This document shows, one piece after another, positions 58,126 to 64,000 of a DNA stretch of 64,000 nucleotides (positions are counted from its first letter, which is position 1; each line of letters begins with the position of its first letter). A model generated the notes under the pieces. That model searched no databases and was not told where the DNA came from. It saw nothing but the letters and a program-made list of their open reading frames with translations. The DNA is from Octopus sinensis (taxonomy: Eukaryota): assembly GCF_006345805.1 (NCBI RefSeq), contig NW_021832533.1, positions 1 through 64,000 of the forward strand, in the 5' to 3' direction. Both the position numbers and the translations under genes were made by a program.

Positions 58126-58732
58126 TGTCGCGAGCGCTGCGAGCGATCGAGCGCTGAGAGCGATTTTGACGCCTAACAAGCCTGTCATCAACAAATATAT
58201 TTATTAAATTATTTAAAATTTTAACATGATTTAAAATTAAAATTGAAATAACTTAAGTTTTCCATTGAATCCCATAAAATAATATATAAGTAGACCTTAA
58301 TATAAAAAGTAAAATCAATGAATACTGAACGCTAATTTGGTTTAGGTTGTGAGGGGGGTAATAATTTGACAGATCTCATTGCTATTTCTCGTTTCAATCT
58401 CTAAAATTAGGTCTTCTAATCACAAATGAACTGTGCAGACAGGCTTGCTCTTTCAGAAGATTCTTGTTTTGACATTTTAATAAATTATGAAGCATTTAGA
58501 TTTTTTCTCATTATTCTAAAATATCAATTATAAATCTTAAAATATTATTTTTATTTATGAAATCGGTTTTAAAGCACATTCTGCTTTGGCATCGATTTTA
58601 ATTTTTGTAATCGAATATATTAAAACCCAAATACCAGCACAGGTATTTGTCAATTTATGAATTTGTTGATTGATCGCATCTAGAAATTGAGTGATCGCTC
58701 GCTGCGCTCGGTCGCTCGCAGCGCTCGCGACA
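58126..58732. mobile_element. 607-bp MITE with TGT...ACA termini and a 5-bp TSD
   Basis: 29-bp TIR TGTCGCGAGCGCTGCGAGCGA(T/C)CGAGCGC; TSD TAATA; empty site at 6646-6650. Confidence 0.9.
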
Positions 58733-58911
58733 TAATAGCTTTAATTTTGATTCATAATCGATAATGATATATGCATTTAATTTTAAAGAGAAAAACATAG
58801 GATGAATTGAATTTCTTTATCGCGAATAATTGGGAGTTTATCATTGTTAATATTCTCGCTGTCGTTTTCATCAAGGATATTCTTAATACGTGAGATTTTT
58901 GCCTCGAAGGT

Positions 58912-61156
58912 TTTAATGGACCTCATCATGTAAGTCGAGGACATTGTAGTTGTTCATTTTATCCAAAATGCAGAAAATTTTTTTTTAATTTTTTTTTGGG
59001 GGGAAGGTTATAAGGACTTCATCATGTAAGTCGAGGACATTGTAGTTGTTCATTTTAACCAAAATGCAGAAAACTTTTTTTTTAATTTTTTTTGGGGGGA
59101 AGGCTTTAAGGACTTCATCATGTAAGTCGAGGACATTGTAGTTGTTCATTTTAACCAAAATGCAGAAAACTTTTTTTTTAATTTTTTTTTGGGGGGAAGG
59201 TTTTAAGGACTTCATCATGTAAGTCGAGGACATTGTAGTTGTTCATTTTAACCAAAATGCAGAAAACTTTTTTTTTAATTTTTTTTTGGGGGGAAGGCTT
59301 TAAGGACTTCATCATGTAAGTCGAGGACATTGTAGTTGTTCATTTTAACCAAAATGCAGAAAACTTTTTTTTTAATTTTTTTTGGGGGGAAGGTTTTAAG
59401 GACTTCATCATGTAAGTCGAGGACATTGTAGTTGTTCATTTTAACCAAAATGCAGAAAACTTTTTTTTTAATTTTTTTTTGGGGGGAAGGTTTTAAGGAC
59501 TTCATCATGTAAGTCGAGGACATTGTAGTTGTTCATTTTAACCAAAATGCAGAAAACTTTTTTTTCAATTTTTTTTTGGGGGGAAGGTTTTAAGGACTTC
59601 ATCATGTAAGTCGAGGACATTGTAGTTGTTCATTTTAACCAAAATTCAGAAAACTTTTTTTTTAATTTTTTTTTGGGGGGAAGGTTTTAAGGACTTCATC
59701 ATGTAAGTCGAGGACATTGTAGTTGTTCATTTTAACCAAAATGCAGAAAATTTTTTTTACATTTTTTTTGGGGGGGAAGGTTTTAAGGACTTCATCATGT
59801 AAGTCGAGGACATAGTAGTTGTTCATTTTAACCAAAATGCAGAAATTTTTTTTTAATTTTTTTTTGGGGGGAAGGTTTTAAGGACTTCATCATGTAAGTC
59901 GAGGACATTGTAGTTGTTCATTTTAACCAAAATGCAGAAAACTTTTTTTTAATTTTTTTTGGGGGGGAAGGTTTTAAGGACTTCATCATGTAAGTCGAGG
60001 ACATTGTAGTTGTTCATTTTAACCAAAATGCAGAAAACTTTTTTTTTAATTTTTTTTTGGGGGGAAGGTTTTAAGGACTTCATCATGTAAGTCGAGGACA
60101 TTGTTGTTGTTCATTTTAACCAAAATTCAGAAAACTTTTTTTTTAATTTTTTTTTGGGGGGAAGGTTTTAAGGACTTCATCATGTAAGTCGAGGACATTG
60201 TAGTTGTTCATTTTAACCAAAATGCAGAAAACTTTTTTTTTAATTTTTTTTTGGGGGGAAGGTTTTAAGGACTTCATCATGTAAGTCGAGGACATTGTAG
60301 TTGTTCATTTTAACCAAAATGCAGAAAACTTTTTTTTTAATTTTTTTTTGGGGGGAAGGTTTTAAGGACTTCATCATGTAAGTCGAGGACATTGTAGTTG
60401 TTCATTTTAACCAAATGCAGAAAACTTTTTTTTTAATTTTTTTTTGGGGGGAAGGTTTTAAGGACTTCATCATGTAAGTCGAGGACATTGTAGTTGTTCA
60501 TTTTAACCAAAATGCAGAAAACTTTTTTTTTAATTTTTTTTTGGGGGGAAGGTTTTAAGGACTTCATCATGTAAGTCGAGGACATTGTAGTTGTTCATTT
60601 TAACCAAAATTCAGAAAACTTTTTTTTTATTTTTTTTTTGGGTGGAAGGTTTTAAGGACTTCATCATGTAAGTCGAGGACATTGTAGTTGTTCATTTTAA
60701 CCAAAATGCAGAAAATTTTTTTTAAATTTTTTTTGGGGGGAAGGTTTTAAGGACTTCATCATGTAAGTCGAGGACATTGTAGTTGTTCATTTTAACCAAA
60801 ATGCAGAAATTTTTTTTTAATTTTTTTTTGGGGGGAAGGTTTTAAGGACTTCATCATGTAAGTCGAGGACATTGTAGTTGTTCATTTTAACCAAAATGCA
60901 GAAAATTTTTTTTTAATTTTTTTTGGGGGGAAGGTTTTAAGGACCTCATCATGTAAGTCGAGGACATTGTAGTTGTTCATTTTAACCAAAATGCAGAAAA
61001 ATTTTTTTTAATTTTTTTTGGGGGGGAGGTTTTAAGGACTTCATCATGTAAGTCGAGGACATTGTACTTGTTCATTTTAACCAAAATGCAGAAAATTTTT
61101 TTTTAATTTTTTTGGGGGGAAGGTTTTAAGGACCTCATCATGTAAGTCGAGGACAT
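58912..61156 (+). repeat. About 81-bp minisatellite, about 27-28 units
   Basis: GGTTTTAAGGACTTCATCATGTAAGTCGAGGACATTGTAGTTGTTCATTTTAACCAAAATGCAGAAAA + Tn AA Tn Gn. Confidence 0.95.
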
Positions 61157-61420
61157 CGTATTGCCAATTTGAAGTTGGTGTGCACACACAGACAGACAGA
61201 CAGACACACACCATACCATTTTATTATTAAGATATGAGTCATCCCATTTACGCGTTTTATTAACCATAACCTAAAACAAATGAAGCATGCTATCAAAATC
61301 GATTAAATTATTAAAATCATCTTAATAATAACAAATTAAAAAATATTCCGCGTACCCTCTGGATCTTCTCGCGTACCCCCTAGGCACATGTACCCCCGGT
61401 TAAAAAACCCTGGTCTAGAT

Positions 61421-63664
61421 CAGGGGTTCTCAAGTGCGGCCCTCGGGGCCGCATGCGGCCCCGAGAATCTTTTTTGCGGCCCCGACTTCCAAACTTTAAA
61501 ATAAATTTTGGATATAAAATTAATTGTAAATTAATATTATTAAAGATAATATTTTAACTACACGTGTTTGTAAATATATTTCAGGTTGAGTATTTTTTCA
61601 TGCCATCAAAGAAATATCGAACATTATCTCAAGAAAATAGAGAATTTCAAATTGAATGGGAAGAAAAGTTTTTTTTCGTTGAACTGAATGGTAAAGCTGT
61701 TTGTTTGATATGCAACTGTGTCATTAATTCATTGAAAAATTATACTATTGAACGTCATTATAAGAAGCACTCCGAAATATACAATTTATATCTCGGAGAG
61801 TCAAGGAAAAAAAACTCAATATATTAAAGACGTCATTTAAAAATCAGTCCTCAATATTTAAACCAGTGGAAAATAAGCATCAGTTATTAACGTCTTATAA
61901 AATTAGCCACCTTCTTGCTGTAAATATGAAACCTTATTCTGACGGAGAAATTATTAAAACTGCTATTTCCATTTTTTGTGATGAATGTTGTCCGTCAAAT
62001 ATACAAAAAATTGCAAAACGATTACCATTAAGTAATGATACTATTACAAGAAGAATAGAATGTATTTTTGAGGACCTTGCCCGTCAGCTAATCAAGTTCT
62101 TTACTATTAAAAATAATTTTTATAGAACATCGAAAGATTTTTTATATCATTCTTTTGCTGTCGACACGAGTAAAGATATCTCTGATACCGAACAAATGGT
62201 CGTATGCATTAGAGGTGTCACTTCGGATTTTAAAATTTCTGAAGAATTTTTTTCTCTTCGTTCATTAAAAGGCACTACAAAAGGAATGGATGTACTTAAC
62301 GAATTCCTTGAAAGTATTAAAGAATTTGACATTGATCCTTCCAAAATAATTTCCATATGTACTGATGGGGGGGCGAATATGATTGGTCGTAATAAAGGGT
62401 TTCATGGACTTTATTCAGAATGGAGACTTGAAAAAAATCTTGATCCTATATTTTGGCAACATTGTATCATTCATCAGGAGAATATAATCGCAAAGTCACT
62501 TAAAATGCAAAATGTAATAAGTACGGTGTTGTCCATTGTGAATTGGATACGCGGTAAATCTCTCAATCACAGGAGATTTAAAAAAATGTTAGTGGAAATT
62601 GACACAGTGCATAATGATGTGCTTTACCATACCACTGTTCGATGGTTGAGTCGTGCCGCGTGCCTCAAAAGGTATATTTGCTTGAATAGAAGTTAGATTT
62701 TATGAACTACTCCCTCAAATAAGAGAATTTGTTAAAGACCACAAATACCATGATTTGTTGCAGTAAAGAGTGGATTGCCGATTTAGCTTTTTGGGTAGAT
62801 CTAACCTCTCATTTATCGTCGTTAAATTGTGAATTACAGGGGAAATATAAATTTTGCCATCAACTCTATGGATCTATTGCTTCTTTTATATCAAAATTAA
62901 AACTTTGGAGGGATCAAATAATGCTCAAAGATACAATTCATTTTACTTGTTTGAGTGAAAATAAAGCTAACGGTTCATTTGAAAAATATACTACCATTAT
63001 CAGTCACCTTATTGTTGAATTTGAAAAACGTTCTAAGGTTTATTAAAATTTAGTTTATTTTAAGAATTTTGATGAAATTTTGCCATCAATGAAAATTTTT
63101 GCAGCACCATTCAATATAGATCCTAAGAATGCTCCGCCATCACTCCAATTAGAATTGATAGACCTTCAATCAGATGTGCAATTTACCTCAGTGCAAAAGA
63201 TTGAAAATTTAATGGAATTTTATAGTTCACTTCCCAAAGAAAAATATCCGAATATACTCATAAATGCTTATAAATATGCTTCAATGTTCGGATCCACTTA
63301 TTTATGTGAGTCAATTTTCAGTAAAATGATTCACATAAAAAATAAATATCGAAATAAATTGACTGATAATCACTTATGCCAGCTTTTGCGATCTACATGT
63401 GCCTCCTATATTCCGTGTTATGACAAATTAGTTAACAATTAGTTAAAATAGCTAACAATTTTTCGTTTTAGTTAACAATTTTTCGTTTTAGTCATTTTCC
63501 TTTAATTAATTAAGACTAACTATCTCGGTTTCTGAATAAAAAATGAATCTAAAAAAAAATTAGTTAAAAGTTAATGAAAGTTTTAATTTAATTTATTCTG
63601 CGGCCCCGAAGACAATGGTTAATTATCGATTTGGCCCCGACGTTAAAAAACTTGAGAAACCCTG
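61421..63664 (+). mobile_element. Full-length hAT (GTF2IRD2-like) with an intron-containing, frameshifted transposase
   Basis: TIRs CAGGGGTTCTCAAG / CTTGAGAAACCCTG; TSD GTCTAGAT; CLIC..RHY, TDGGANM, HCIIH, RWLS, FGSTYLCESIFS. Confidence 0.93.
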
Positions 63665-63719
63665 GTCTAGATTGTCTGTATTTTCTAGTAGCAATCCGAC
63701 ATTCTTAAGGTCGTTATTT

Positions 63720-64000
63720 AAGATTAGTGGCAGTGTTGTCTGTGGCCTGCTTCAAAAAATCCCAGAGCATTGAAAGTATGTTTCCATGATGTCATTGACA
63801 GGAACTAAAAAATCCATCCGCATCCGCAGTATGTGGCCAAAGTGTCCCCATCGGCTCTTAGTGATAGTTGCATCTAATTGTTCTGTTTTGAAAGCAAAAT
63901 ATAAGTCTTGGTTCTTGATCTTCATTAGATAGTGTATTTTCAGTAATGACCTGAGTTGTTTTCTGTGAAAAGCATTGAGATTTCCTTGCATGTGACTGGA
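63720..64000 (-). mobile_element. RTE LINE 3' fragment running off the window
   Basis: AFHRKQLRSLL...RWGHFGHILRM. Confidence 0.75.

Larger units (their letters stand above)
56782..61232 (-). mobile_element. Complete non-autonomous Helitron (4451 bp)
   Basis: 5' A|TCTTAATAATAAAA followed by (GTCT)n; 3' CTAG|T; helicase C-terminal 143-aa fragment; canonical A|T target. Confidence 0.88.
56303..61412 (-). mobile_element. Internally deleted hAT hosting the Helitron
   Basis: TIRs CAGCGGTTCTTAACC / GGTTAAAAAACCCTG; TSD ATCTAGAT / GTCTAGAT; CGCGTACCC subterminal motifs at both ends. Confidence 0.85.

Noticed and set aside
58985-59523. Repetitive ORFs MSSTYMMKSLKPSP...
   Set aside because: Translations of the minisatellite; frame changes with homopolymer length

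Overview
AT-rich, transposon-dense eukaryotic (animal-like) DNA with compact genes split by tiny GT-AG introns, mostly 22-30 nt, so the ORF track fragments nearly every gene. Splicing by hand gives TFB5/GTF2H5 and PRP16/DHX38 (two copies each), calcyphosin-like, NEMF, a divergent 14-3-3, a JIP3/4-like scaffold with an internal repeat exon, MRPS6, CCDC65/DRC2 and a sorbitol-dehydrogenase-like gene. The intron size fits a dicyemid-type reduced animal, which is an inference, not an identification. The main hidden feature is a four-copy family of small secreted leucine-rich-repeat (LRR) genes: two intact, one frameshifted, one broken by TEs. Their introns are nearly identical, their variation is concentrated in exon patches, and the copies are mosaics of one another. 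Mobile elements include Buster/SPIN-type hATs (several with tiny host-type introns), a complete non-autonomous Helitron carrying a minisatellite, RTE and CRE-like LINEs, Tc1, a LINE with a 2A motif, and two TIR elements carrying TTAGGG tracts. About 7 kb at the window start recurs at 51-59 kb. All annotations were made by eye with no database searches.
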